Part shown: piece after piece, positions 1 to 12,987 of the stretch
Numbering within the stretch: the stretch's first letter is position 1
Layout: each line of letters opens with the position of its first letter
Assembly: GCF_963921235.1 (NCBI RefSeq)
Contig: NC_086097.1
Location: 124,560,001-124,624,000 of the forward strand
DNA: 64,000 nt
Source of the DNA: Mobula hypostoma
Lineage: Eukaryota
Direction: 5' to 3'
Translations under genes and position numbers: made by a program
The notes under the pieces: generated by a model
What the model saw: only the letters and a program-made list of their open reading frames with translations
What the model was told of the DNA's origin: nothing
Databases searched by the model: none

Positions 1-190
1 CACAACCCAGGGACTCATTTTCAAGGATTCTACATCTCATGTTCTCAGTCTATTTACTTAGGGGTTTTTTTGTATTTGCAGTTTGTCGTCTTTTGCACAT
101 TGGTTGTTTGTTAGTCTTTGTGTGTACCGTTCCATTGATTCTATCGTATCCTGTTATTCTACTATGAATGCCTGCAAGAAAATGAATTTC
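1..190 (+). mobile_element. Rex/Babar-like LINE 3' tail fragment
   Basis: Similar to the Rex-type 3' end at ~41290-41740 (minus) and 41820-41930. Confidence 0.5.
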
Positions 191-499
191 GGGAGAGATC
201 TACTTCAACATCCCAAGGTGGAAACTGATAGATCCTGGAAATTTGCCCATAACCTCAGTTCAAGGAAAAAACTAAAAGATTCCAATCTAGTTCATCCCAA
301 TCCAAATTTACATCTCTGGAATCTACCAACAGTAATTAAGCCTACCAGACTGAAAAAGCTGTAATTCAGGATGGCCAGTTATATTAGTGATCTATGCCGT
401 TCACTGAGAGCCAGATCAATTTGTTGTTTTTAAACCTTTTGCTTCCTAATTTCCTACCAGTTTTGGTATGCATTTGCAAGGTTTTAGGCAAAGTAACCA

Positions 500-1250
500 T
501 TATTCCTTGGAATGTGGGAGAAGGACAGGAGACCTTATTTTATACACGTCTAGAAGGCATAGAAAAGGCAGAAGTTACCAATCTTTTCCCCAAGGTAGAG
601 GAGACCAAAACAAGGAGGATAGATTTAGGGAAGATTTAAAAAGGATCTGAAGGACAATTTTTTTCCACGCAGAGCAAGGTGAGTAAATGGAATGTGCTGC
701 CAGGAAAAGTGTTTGAGACAGAAGCACTTGTTTTGGTGCAGTATATAGAGGGGCAAGGCTTGGAGGGATAAGGCTGAACCCCGGCCACTAGCACCAGCTG
801 AGTGAGTATGGACATGCAGACCAAAGAGCTGCATCCATGCTCATCTATGACTCTGGATTTGCAGTAACTGGAGATAATTTAATTTTCCAACCTTACTTCT
901 TGTTAAAATAGAACTGGAATGCCAGGGCCTAAGTAGCAGGTAAAATCACTAGAGTTGACATACAGACCATAATTTTAAGGTATTTGCAGCAAAGTACGGG
1001 GTGGGGGGGGGGCCGGGTCATCAGAGGATTTTTTTTTAAAAAAGAGTCGCATTTGGAATGTCCTTTAGGGTAGCAGTAGAGGCAGATACATTAGGGAGTA
1101 TTTAGGATCTCTTAGAAAGCACACAGATGATAGAAAAATGGAGGGTTATGTTAGGAAAGGATTAGGTTGATCTTAAGAGTTAAAATGTTTGCACAACGTT
1201 ATGGGCTGAGGGGCTTATACTGTGCTGAAATGTACCATGTTTCATGTTTA
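500..1250 (+). mobile_element. Two decayed CR1 LINE 3'-end fragments
   Basis: Degenerate LFP/TRGH/FFTQRV coding signature and CR1-type tail. Confidence 0.65.
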
Positions 1251-1461
1251 ATCATGCTCTTCTATGCCTTGATGAGTAAGTGCTCATCTGGACACATAAT
1301 CCTATAAAAGGAACTCTACATCGACCACCAAGGCAATGTACTCCAGGTTCTCACTAGAGTGAAAAGCCCCAATCCCCTAACATTGCCCCTAGTTTTTTCT
1401 ATGTCTATTAAGAGAAAATTTTTCCTGCAGTCTAGCCTATCTATTTAGAAACTTAAGAATA

Positions 1462-1729
1462 ACAACTAAAAGCATCCTCAGATTGAATCCAAAGTAGTTC
1501 TAAAAGTACAGATTTACCTTATTAGAGATGGAGCATCTTACTTTGAAGAATGTTTGCAAATAAATCCCTTCCACCCCTCTCCGCTATCTATTTGGATATT
1601 TCATGATGACAACTAAAAGCATACACAGATTAAATCCAAAGTGGTTCTAAAAGTGCAGATTTATCCAACTTGAGATGGAACATTTTACTTTGAAGAACGT
1701 TTGCAAATAAATTGCTTCCATCCCTCTCC
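1462..1729. repeat. Direct repeat of ~121 bp (1462-1582 and 1609-1729)
   Basis: acaactaaaagcat...cctctcc occurs twice with scattered mismatches. Confidence 0.9.
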
Positions 1730-1818
1730 AGTATAGAACAGTCTTTTATTCTGAAGACTTGAAATAGTTTGTGACCCATGAGCAGAGAATACAGAGCACC
1801 AAGTCATTATTCAGCATC

Positions 1819-1824
1819 TTTATT
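1819..1824 (-). terminator. Polyadenylation signal AATAAA of the PABPC1-derived gene
   Basis: tttatt on + strand at the end of the PABPC1-like 3'UTR; a second candidate lies at ~1745-1750. Confidence 0.55.
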
Positions 1825-2203
1825 AAGGCAAGCATGCTATAATCCAAATATTCAGTTTCAGTTTTTAATGCTTAACCATCAAAAACATGGTCAACTAAAC
1901 ATAGTGTGGATCTGCTGAACATATCCACACTAATGGGTTACAAAACTTTAAAGAAATGAATGCATCAAATGTTTTAATGTATCAAACGTTTTTGTGCATA
2001 AAACATCTACCCCAGACTAGAAAACTTCACAATTTACATTTTTTTTTGTAATTTTCCGCATAAAAGTCTAGGACTAGCAGCACTTACGCCAGACCTGGTA
2101 GTGACTTCATTTCATAAGCTTAGAGGTTTCCTTTATGATTTTTTTCGTAAACATTTTCTGTTTTGATATGTTTTAGAGTTTTCTTTTAAACTTTATCCAA
2201 TGT

Positions 2204-2247
2204 TTAGATTTTTTTTTCAGTAATGCAAGCTTCATTGTCGTCCTCTC
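2204..2247 (-). CDS. PABPC1: Coding part of terminal exon (ancestral PABPC1 3'UTR exon): (G)EDDNEACITEKKI*
   Basis: Acceptor ttttttttgttctgcag at 2248. Downstream blocks ATCTAAACAT, AAAGGAAAC, CCAGGTCT and TGCTAGTCCTAGA resemble the PABPC1 3'UTR as I recall it. In frame with the phase-1 end of exon 12. Confidence 0.7.
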
Positions 2248-3555
2248 CTGCAGAACAAAAAAAAATTTTACATTTATTGTTCCAAATATATTTCCTGCAA
2301 AAAGAATTTAGAACATTCATGTGTAATAGACTTGAACTCCGCCAATAATTAGTTGAACAGACAAAAGGAAATTGATGCACAAAAAGTACATATGTGTATT
2401 TTTGCATATAAAAAACTAACAATTTCTTGATAGCAGAAAGTGAATTGCCCACTATGGCTGCACAACTTAACATTTTTAATTGTTTGCGATCTGATTTGGA
2501 GAGAACAACATCTGCGGTCAGGGAATCAAAGAACACTGTACATTTTGTCATCCTAACTAAATTAACCTCAGTAATAGAACAATGATTGCTAAATAAAATT
2601 CAATTCTATACTAACTCCTTCACTCCACCCCACCATCACCACATACACCTTACCTAGTGTCACTAGATGGACACAAAATCAGTCTAGGTATTGTACAGTC
2701 TGTTTTAGAGGATTGCTTTTGTGTTTATATTTTGCATTTTTTATGCTGCATCAAATCCAGAAGTAAAAATCATTTTCATCTCCTTTACACTTATGTATGA
2801 CAATAAACAATCTTGTACCTTGAGTAGAAATGTCATTTAGCCCATTATGTCACTTTTGTTAATGATTGTTAAATTCAGGCCAAAAATATTCAACTTAATA
2901 GTTAAGCAATACACATCAAAGTTGCTGATGAACGCAGCAGGCCAGGCAGCATCTCTAGGAAGAGGTACAGTTGACGTTTCAGGCTGAGACCCTTCGTCAA
3001 GACTCAATAGTTATCAGCTTTTTTTGAATTATGCTCCTAAACTGTAGCACTCAATACCTAAATCTACAAGGGATGCAGCTTCAGTTGACAGTTTTAAACA
3101 CCAGCTCAAAAGCTATTTAACCTTGCTTTTAACTAACATCATTTTGTCTTTTATTTTCACGTTTACACTTTATTGCATTGTAGAGCACTTTGACCTATAT
3201 CATTTGTATGTAAAGTGCTCTTTAAATAAGTATTATTTAGCCCATTATATCCTTACTTAACTTAGCTGTTCAACCCAATTCCATTTCCCAACCCGCAGCA
3301 TTTTATAGCTAATGGCAACAGTTCTTAACATGTGGTGCACAAGCCCCTCCAGAAAGCAATGCCAAAGATCACAGGAGATCCAAGTAGTTTTAATAAGGGG
3401 TAATTTTAAAATATATCTCCAATATATGTGCCTTGGATTATGTTTAAAATATCTCATTTCTACAATCTATCACTGCAAGTTGCCATACCTAAATTGTTCA
3501 ATAACATTAATCTGTATTCTTGTTCCAGACTCCACTGTAAACTTTAGATCCTTAC

Positions 3556-3646
3556 CCAGCATCTGCTTCTGCTTCTGTTCCTGGGGAGGGGCAGCAGCTA
3601 GCATGGAATCAGTCAGGGGTTCCTGGTCTTGTACGTGAACTGCAGG
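3556..3646 (-). CDS. PABPC1: Exon 12: [30 protein letters not shown](G), start of MLLE
   Basis: tttcag acceptor, gtaagg donor; 91 nt including a 6-nt in-frame duplication. Confidence 0.95.
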
Positions 3647-3679
3647 CTGAAATGGGAGAGCATGCATTAAATCCTGCTT

Positions 3680-4131
3680 AACATAAGAACATAAGAAATA
3701 GGAGCAGGAGTTGACCACCTGGCCCGTCAAGCCTGCTCCGCCATTCAATAAGATCACGGCTGATCTGGCCATGAACTCAGCTCCACCTAACTGCCTTTTC
3801 CCCGTAACCCTCAATTCCCCTACTATGCAAAAATCTTTCCAACCATGTCTTAAATATATTTACCGAGGTAGCCCCCACTGCTTCATTGGGCAGAGAACTC
3901 CGCAGATTCACCACTCTCTGGGAAAAGCACTTCCTCCTCATCTCCATCCAAAATCTACTCCCCTAAATCTTGGGGCTATGTCCCCTAGTTCTAGTCTCAC
4001 CTACCAATGCATAGAACCTTCCTGCCTCTATCTTATCTATCCCTTTCATAATTTTATATGTTTCTACAAGATCTCCTCTCACTCTTCTGAATTCCAGTGA
4101 GTACAGTCTCTGGCGACTCAATCTCTCCTCA
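3680..4131 (-). mobile_element. CR1 LINE 3' fragment in intron 11
   Basis: acataagaacataagaaataggagcagg tail and RT C-terminal coding remnant on the minus strand. Confidence 0.85.
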
Positions 4132-6645
4132 GTCTAAAAATTAGGTCACAATGCCAATTTTCATCTTGAGATACCCACATCCCAACTGTATTTGAGATTT
4201 ATCTGATGCAAGGAGTAGAACAGGATCTGGAATTAATACATGTGCTCATGTAATCCGGGAGCATTATTCTGCTGGCATTGGTTGCTGCTTTCTAGTCATG
4301 CGATAATGTACAGAGTACCACACAAGAACAGATTGAGAAGCGGTCTTACCTAACCAATGCCTACAATGCCAATGTGTAACCTTCTTTACAACACTACTGT
4401 GCCCTTGTTTAAAAGCCTTGCATACAGCAATTAAAATGTTAATCCAATGAAAAGAAACTTCAAAATTACATTGAGAACTGGCACAGTATTCAGACTTCCT
4501 GAATTGATAAGTAAATCTAAAGATTGCATAAGAGTTCCTGTATTATTGTTTAATCTACATGTCAGCAGTTCCATTTTGAAACAATATATAACACAAAACA
4601 TTAGCAAAGCACCTAATTAGATGCAGCTAAAATCAAGACCATTAACTTACATGGCAATTTTCATCCTGGGACATTAAAGCCTCTCCCTAACACATCTACA
4701 GTCCGTGGGTAACGATGACAAGGCTATCACTTACTGCTCATCAGCCCTCCGGGTAGTAGTGAGACGAGCTCCAATCCATTTAGTTTGTGATATATAGTAA
4801 CAATAGATAGGAAGTTTCAGTGTTTAGACCCAGCAGCAATCAAAGTACGGCAATGGAATTCCATGCCAATTAAAACGAAGTTTTAGATGGCCTTTTTATG
4901 TATATCTTGCCTTTTTCCTCGTTGCTGATAGAAATCTGAGGTGCTTTCATCATAGCCACAAGTAACTGCAGAGCATTTTCTTGACTGTACACAATACAGC
5001 CATCATTTGATAACAGTGGAGGGGCTGAAAGCTCAAAACAAGGATGCCACTGAAAGAGACTGCTGTGTTCTGAACAGTGTCTTGCTTGTTGGAGCTGCAC
5101 TCACCAATGGGAATAACAGCCTTACTCATGTGCATTCAGTTGCTGGAAAGGCTTTAAACAGCAAGGAATTAAATCATAGAATAAGAAACCCCTCTGCTGT
5201 TATTAGAGCCAGAGAATCTGTGTGGCTGAATTATCTGGTAACCCCCAGATGTTGGGGGTTGCTCTCAAAGGCAATGGCAATATGCTTGGGTATTCTCCTT
5301 GGAGATGATCACTGTTGCCACTAATGTAGCACAAACTGTACCTGCCAAATGCCTCAACATCTGGAATTGTTCAATGCTTAGACCGGAGTACCTCATTTCC
5401 GGAATTTGAAAATGGAATGCAATGTTACAATCTGCAGCCAGCATTTCCATTTCTCATCTTAAGGTACAACATTGGAAAAACAGCTAAAGATTATTGGGCC
5501 TTGGACAATGCTCCCAATGAATTCCTGAATGTTTTGTTTTTCTTACTTTTTGGGTAATAACCACACCACCTCCCTCTATGTATTGTAAAATGCAAGGGAA
5601 CTTACCACAATTAACATTAGGCTTCTAGGTCTGTGTGCTCTTACTGTGACAATTATTTTCCCCATTAATTCATTTCAACCTCTTAGTACGGGCATTTCCT
5701 TTGTTCTACATACTCCTCCCCCAAGTTCCCTCATACTGAAAATTTACACTTGTGATTAAGCTACGAACTCAAATGTTGAACAACCCTCTTTCCAGAGCTG
5801 CTGTCTGACCTGCTGAGTTTGTCCAGTACTGTTCTTAATTCCCTCTGATTTCAAAGGGCTGCAGTTGTTCTGATTTTCAATGTAAATCATATTCTTATCT
5901 TTAAACCATTATCACTAATGCCTGATCCTGATGCCAATTTCTTATTCGCATCCGGGTATCTATCTAAACTACAATACTCGTATAGAAGCGTATAACCATC
6001 AAACTCAGATAGACACTTGACTGATTAAGTTCCGGGTACACGAGATTCACGGAGTTGAAGCCAGGACAATGGAACTCCATGAAACCAACTCTTCTGTTGA
6101 AATTATTCTATAAATTTCAATGTTGAAAATTACTCTATCGTGTTCTAGAGCACAGAAACGGGCTCTTTGCTTTATCACATTCATGCCAACCCTTTGCCCA
6201 TCTACAATCTCATTTGCTCACTTTAAGACCATCTTTCTATGCCTTGTCTAAATGTCTACTTCAATGCTTTTCAAACATACTAATCTTACCCAATTTCACC
6301 ATTTTCATAGACATCAACTCTCTGCAAAATATACTCCTTAAATCCACTTTAAAATTCCCTCTTTTCATCTAAAACCTATGCCCTTATTTCTGATCCCCTG
6401 AGAAAAGATTTCGACTGGCTACACCTCAGTAATATCTCTGTTGGCTCAACATTTAGCTTTCTTTGCTCAAAGGAAAACAAGCCCAGCCTATCCAAATCTT
6501 CCTCCAATCCAAACAACATCCTTTCCAATTCTTCTGCATTCTCTCCAAAATAATTATATCCTTCTTATCATGATGTGACCAGGCCTCCAAGTGCAGCCTA
6601 ACCAGTACTCTAAAGCTGTTTGCAAAATCTGAAAAGATAACGTAC

Positions 6646-6788
6646 CTGTTGCATAGCAACCGGAGGCTGGGTATTTAGATGTTGTTGAGGATTGCAGACT
6701 CCTGCAGCATATTTGTATTGTGTAAACGAGCGAACACCAGGAGCTGTAGCACCAGCACGAGGTCCCATTGTCTGTATTGCTGTGTTAG
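6646..6788 (-). CDS. PABPC1: Exon 11: (A)[47 protein letters not shown]
   Basis: tttttaaag acceptor, gtacgt donor; 143 nt, open frame. Confidence 0.93.
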
Positions 6789-7321
6789 CTTTAAAAAGAA
6801 ATTGACAAAGTTCAAAAGTCTGAAAACAGTTGATATTTTGTTACTTGCTAATTGTTAAACTACAGTCAGGTAAAATATTTCCACACCTTAAATACTACAT
6901 CATTTGTGCTCCAAGTTCCACAGCTAATTTATGTAAACATTTGACTAAATTTTACTGAACAGCTCACTGAAGGAAAAGCTGACTCCATAACTGTTTTCCC
7001 ACACTAGTATACAATGTGCAACCTATCTTCCTTCTGCAGTACAGGCAATGGCAATGACACGTTAGCTCTTTAGAAAAAAGTTTGCACAACTCAGGATATC
7101 CCGAACTATTTCAGAGCCAACGAAAAGCATCCAGTTAAGTCATGCACATCTTCCCCCTCTGGTTAGTGAATTGTCCAACCTGACAAGCTTATCAAATGCT
7201 TCCCAAATGTCCCTAACTACAGTATCACCCTTATGGCATGGTTGTCAAAGGGGAAATGCAGAGGAACCTGTCATGACTAATTCTGCACAATTGCATAAAC
7301 AGTAAAGTTAGTGACAAAATA

Positions 7322-7610
7322 TTATTTATTTATTGAAATACAACACAGAGTGGGCCCTCAGGGCTCTTCAAGCTGCACCACCCAACAACCCCTGATTTAA
7401 CCCTAACCTAATCACAAGACAATTTACAATGACCAGTTAATCTATCAACCAGTACATCTTTGGACTGTGGGAGGAAACCAGAGCACACAGAGGAAACCCA
7501 CACCATCATAGGGGGAATGTACAAACTCCCTACAGACAGCAGCGGGAATTGAACCCGGGTCACTGGTACTGTAAAGTGTGCTAACCAATATGCTACCATG
7601 CCACCCCATT
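7322..7610 (-). mobile_element. tRNA-derived V-SINE (HE1-like)
   Basis: A box ggtagcatattgg, B box gggttcaattccc, V-domain tgggtttcctc...ggtttcctcccacagtccaaaga; partial copy at ~42950-43110 (+). Confidence 0.8.
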
Positions 7611-8304
7611 TAGTTTGAATGGTAATGATTTCACAATAAATTGGTTTAATGTCTCACCCAGACTTTAAAATAATTAAACTGGGAAAAAATGAAAATCAAA
7701 TGTAAATTTTATACTTTATACCTTGTCATCTTCAGTTTAATCTGACACAAGTTTCATTAAGTATAAATACACTAGGCAATTGCAGCAGTTCACAAGTCTG
7801 TCTCTTGTTTACCAGGCTCAGGATTTCCATACATGTGTAGGAATCTCAAATTTTATGAAACTTATACCAAGAAATATTCCGGCAGAATTGAATAGAACTG
7901 TCAGACTTGCTGTGCAAGTACCAGCCTAATGAAACAGTTCACATTAAACACGAGTTTAAAATGAATGTAGTTTTATTACCATAGTAAGATACCAGTATTA
8001 TGAATGACCAGCTGGCTCTCAATTGTTTGCAATACATTTGTGAAAAAATGCTAACAACTATGGTAAAGCTTTAATATCAAAATAATTTCTACATCATTAG
8101 AACAACCAATGTGCTCCCACTTTCTTTAACTCTCGTCATCTTGCCACGAGGTTAAAACTACCTGTGGTTTTACCAAGACATGAAAGGAGCAATTTCTAGA
8201 ATAGATCAACGAAGCAAGAAAACAGAATTGCATTTAAATAGGGGAACATGCCGCAACTGATTTTCACTAGGTTTAAAGTACATTCTTACGAACAGACAGC
8301 TCAC

Positions 8305-8415
8305 CAACACGCTGAGTGTTCATGGCACATGGCACCTGAGAAGTTGGTCTCATGGAACTGATGGTTGGTGGTCGGGGACCTGTTGGACGTATGCTGCCAG
8401 GCATACTCTGGAATG
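8305..8415 (-). CDS. PABPC1: Exon 10: (P)[36 protein letters not shown]
   Basis: gttag acceptor, gtgagc donor; 111 nt. Confidence 0.93.
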
Positions 8416-8545
8416 CTAACAAGCAGATCCAATTTTATAGAAATCAGGGGGAAAAAAATCAAAGTTAGGATGCAATAAAACTACCCAAATAATAACTGAC
8501 AGTCACACAGAAATGTTTATCTTTACTTAAAAGCATTCTACTTAC

Positions 8546-8636
8546 GTTGTGGCCTGACACTCTGGGCAGCCCATCGAGCGTTGGGTCGAAGCTGTGCAAG
8601 CTGACCTGTTGGGTAATATGCAGCACGGTTCTGAGC
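8546..8636 (-). CDS. PABPC1: Exon 9, copy [31 protein letters not shown]
   Basis: cacag acceptor, gtaagt donor; 91 nt, intact. Confidence 0.95.
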
Positions 8637-8709
8637 CTGTGAATAATTCAGTCAAAAACGACCTTTAAAATGTTGTCATTACATCACAAGCTCATTTATG
8701 TTTATTTCA

Positions 8710-9054
<345 letters not shown>

Positions 9055-9360
9055 CTATATAGATAAAAGGGAGATATTTCATTCTGATAAACAACCAGTT
9101 TCAATTATTACCTGAACAATACAAAGTTCAACAAACTTGACAATCTCGTATTTGAAACTTATTGTTTACTTTAAAATGCCATTTATGTGATGTCCATTCA
9201 ACAATATGCCAAAAATTGTTAAGTTCTCGTGCTTAAGCAACACATTCAGTCAAGATTTTTGTGTTAAGATGCCAATTTATCATTAATCTACTTCTAAAAT
9301 TCTGACAAAAAGTTATTCTTCCTCTGACATGGTAATGTATTAGGCACAAAGTAACAATAC

Positions 9361-9456
9361 CTTAGCACTTGTAATTGTACCGAATGGTGAAAATTCTTTG
9401 CGCAGTCGCTCATTATCAAAACACTTATCCAGATTTTTGACATAAAGGTTGACCCC
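9361..9456 (-). CDS. PABPC1: Exon 7, copy [33 protein letters not shown]
   Basis: 96 nt, phase 0-0, RNP2 LYVKNL intact. Confidence 0.95.
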
Positions 9457-10919
9457 CTATAATTGAAAAATATCCAAATTCAAACTTATATTAAACCATA
9501 TTTAAACACAAATGTACTTTAAAAATCGTTAAACTGACATACTTCATACAGAAGCAACAGACAGAATTATGCAATCCCTTAATCAATTCAAAACTCAGTC
9601 AACTTTACATATTAACCATGAATGGAGATGGCAACTTAATGGGGAATAGATGCTTTGTGAACATCTCCATTACTAGCAGCAGAGCTGAAACCTGATGATA
9701 AAAGCCAAGAAGATAAAATTGCATTTAATAGCATTGTTGATAAGGATACTCCAAGACGACCTTTGAAATGCAGAAACTGCATTAATCAGCCATTTCAAAA
9801 CAGCAATTCCAATAATCATTGTAATAATCACGACACTGTCAATGATTTTGTCTGAGAAGACAATTGTAATGCTAAGGTAACTGCTCTCTTCATGAAAATA
9901 GCACACAGAATCTTATTACATCAACCATAAAGTGAAAATGGGGCTTCCAAAACATGGCCTCTCTTCACTAGTCTTCCAATGTTCATCAGAAACTCCGTTC
10001 ATTTTTTGGTGATCAGCTCTGAAGTGTTCAGAACCACCTGCCAGAGACATTGAGTAGATAATCCATCTAGTCTTCTCCGGAGTACTCTGCGTCAAATGCC
10101 ACTCTTCTACCACTATTCACTCCAGGACTTGTTAAGGAGCCAAACACATCCCAGATAAACCACTGAAGACCAACGCTCTGCAGAATGAGTAATCCTCAAT
10201 CCCACAGTTCCAAAACAACTAACTCCTGTGTGACTGTAAGGAAAAAGTTAAATGTCTCCTTGGTAGATCCTAAGATAAGATGGAAGTCTGTAAGAGAAAA
10301 TGGTGTTGGCTTGGAGTGGGATTGGGATTGCCCACAGCAATGTTTGAGAAAGTTAAGAGAGTACAAGTCTATGGCCATAATAGTGGAAGATGGTGAAAAA
10401 TGTATTTTTCCCATAGAAAGGCAAGGGCCATTGTGCAGAGGCAGGTACCAAATGCATGGAGAAGTATCAGTGTAAGTGGTTTTGAAGGGTATAAAAAGGG
10501 GTACCTTCTTGGTGCAAGGAGAGAGTTTTGTCCTAGATCACGGCTGACCATGAGTGCTGAGATAGGGAATGGTACATCAAGCGAGTCGGAGTACGTAGAA
10601 TTGGAGTTAGACTGAGATTTTTGAGATAGAGAGAAAGGGAGGGAGAGAGGGGAGGCTGCGTGGAAACATTCCACAGATCAGCTCATTCCGAAGATGATAA
10701 GTATTATTTTGATTTTTGTACACCTACTACTTACTGCCTTAGAGATTTATTTTTACTTTAGTTTTGTATTTGTGCTAGTTCTAATGAAGTGTGAACATTT
10801 GCGTCACCTCCTTTGTTTGCGTATATGTGCGCATATACCCTGAGCTGAACCAGAAGAGAACACATAACAAATCTCAAAATAATTTTCATTTACAAATCCA
10901 CACTATGAGCAGGATTCAG

Positions 10920-12960
10920 CATAATGGGTGCAATGTTTTGCAACCAACAGGACAAGTCTGGGGATGAGACTGAGATTAAGGTACTGGTGTCGAGGGACAA
11001 CACCCATGGATTTGTTGCAGTGGCCAGTGTGTTGTTGGAGGGTTACCCACCCATATGTTGGAGAGCTGAGATGAAGAGCAGTAGGGGTGACATCCTGGCT
11101 TGGCAGCCACTCTGCTAGGTAAGGCAGGGTTTCCCAAACGAGAAGTGAGCAAGGGAATGGCCTGTTAGATTTTGCTGTACACTTTGAAAACTAAACTAGA
11201 TGTGTATAGGGCAGCAGAGCAAAGGTTGTTTGCGACCTATGACAGGATTGGAATCATGGAGCAGCTGAGTCTGAGTCAGCTTGGTTGGCCCATGGACGAG
11301 CTGACAGGGCCGAAACCCAGCGAGCCACCCAAGCGTGTAAGTCCCTTCGAGCGTTGCAGGAGCATTGGGCGAGGCGGAATGGTCAGCAGGGGGATCCTAC
11401 CAAAATGAGACCATTAGTGGCTAAGGGGTGGGAGCACACGACAGTTGGGATGGCGATATCTGCCATGGCGCTGATTCTCAGTGTGGAGCTCCCGCCAAAC
11501 CTGAGCGGAATGTTTCATACGAGGATCCTGCAGTACAGGCTCGTCCGGTGTGTAGTCAGTCATAAGACTACAAGCACATGGGGGGGGGGGTTGGAAGGGG
11601 ATGGATAAACGACACAGGAGGAAACAGTGACTGGGCCATGAAAGACTGATGAGAAAGGAGCCATTTGAGATAAACACGTGCAGAAGGGCGGAGAAGATCT
11701 GGCTGTACGGTTGGTTCAGTTGTGGGATATGGGTGCTGGCATGGTGCATTTGACTGTGGTGGAGGCTAATGACTCTCTCCTGCTTGCTACACAAAGTGGT
11801 TTCAGATACGGAAAGACAATGGTGACTCTGCAGATCTGTTCTCGCGGTATTAAGGATTTATCCCTCTGCAGTAGATCAGGGACAGCAGGGTGCGGCTTGG
11901 CTCAGTGAAGTGATTGCGATGCTTCGAGCTATAGTCACACAAACAGGCGTTACCGCAGATTGCCGTGGGATGGCTCAGATGAGGCAATATTGAATCAGGG
12001 GTATGTGAACAGGATGGCTCACCATGTGCCCTCACATTTAAAGGGCAATCTGGGACACCCCATGGGTGAGGCACCAGAGAGGACAGGGGTATTAAGACAC
12101 ATTGATGAGGGAAAAACAAAAGTTAAGAGTTTTGAAGTCAAGGAGGGGACAGGAACCATTAAAAATTATGCCAACCCCATCCAGCTTGGAAGGAAATGTT
12201 TCAAGCTCTGTTAAAGGCAGGGGCGGATAAGGTGCAGATTGATGGTCTGCCCACAGGAGCCATGTAAAGCTTATGGAAATATCATTGTGGGAGGCAGGTG
12301 CAGCCCAGGTATGGCAGATTGATTTACAGCAGACCCCTGCCCCAGCAATGACTTAAATATTTGTTTCCCATGGTTGACAACTATTCAGGTTTTTAACAGC
12401 AATGCCTTGCACAAGAGCTGACCAGGATCACACACTGAAGGGATTGCACAAGTTAATCGACTGTTCTGGGGACCCTCAAGGAATAGAGTTAGATAATGTG
12501 TCAAACTTCTCGGGACAAGCCAAGAAAGACTGGGCTGCCAGTAGGGACACTCATGGGGTACACCACATACCCTATTATCCTCAAGTATCAGAGCTAATTG
12601 AAAGAATGAATGGACTTTTAAATCAACGGACTCACTTATTGACACCAACTTACATCTTGTGGGGGTGGCTGTCTGTACTATCCCATGCCTTGTACAATCT
12701 AAACAACAGACCTTTACCCCAGATATCACCGATGAGCAGGACGATCGGGTGTACCCCAGAACGGGAGAGGGAACCAGGCATTGAAGAAAGGGCTCCCACA
12801 GTGGGAGGAAATGTATGGGTGCACATTCCAAACTCTCTGGTTCGCAAGGGGGAGATTGTAGCAAATGGAGATGGTAACACTTACTGGGTATCAATACAGG
12901 GAAAGACCATCTGGTGTATTCAAACAAGGAGAAATCGACTAAATGAGAATGATTAACATT
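10920..12960 (+). mobile_element. ERV-L-like (class III) retroviral fragment: decayed gag fused to integrase core
   Basis: Gag LVQLWDMGAGMVHL and KVQIDGLPT; integrase WQID...GPLP-like and HHIPYYPQVSELIERMNGLL. Confidence 0.7.
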
Positions 12961-12987
12961 TTTGGAAAACTGATACAGTAATAACAG

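Noticed and set aside
4870..5450. Short ORFs in intron 11
   Set aside because: No recognisable homology or convincing splice signals.
7540..7610. tRNA gene
   Set aside because: The A/B boxes belong to the head of a V-SINE; no complete cloverleaf.
6789..8304. Intronic H/ACA snoRNA (as SNORA55 in PABPC4)
   Set aside because: Only a short ggaaatcc match near 7820; no convincing hairpin-H-hairpin-ACA structure.
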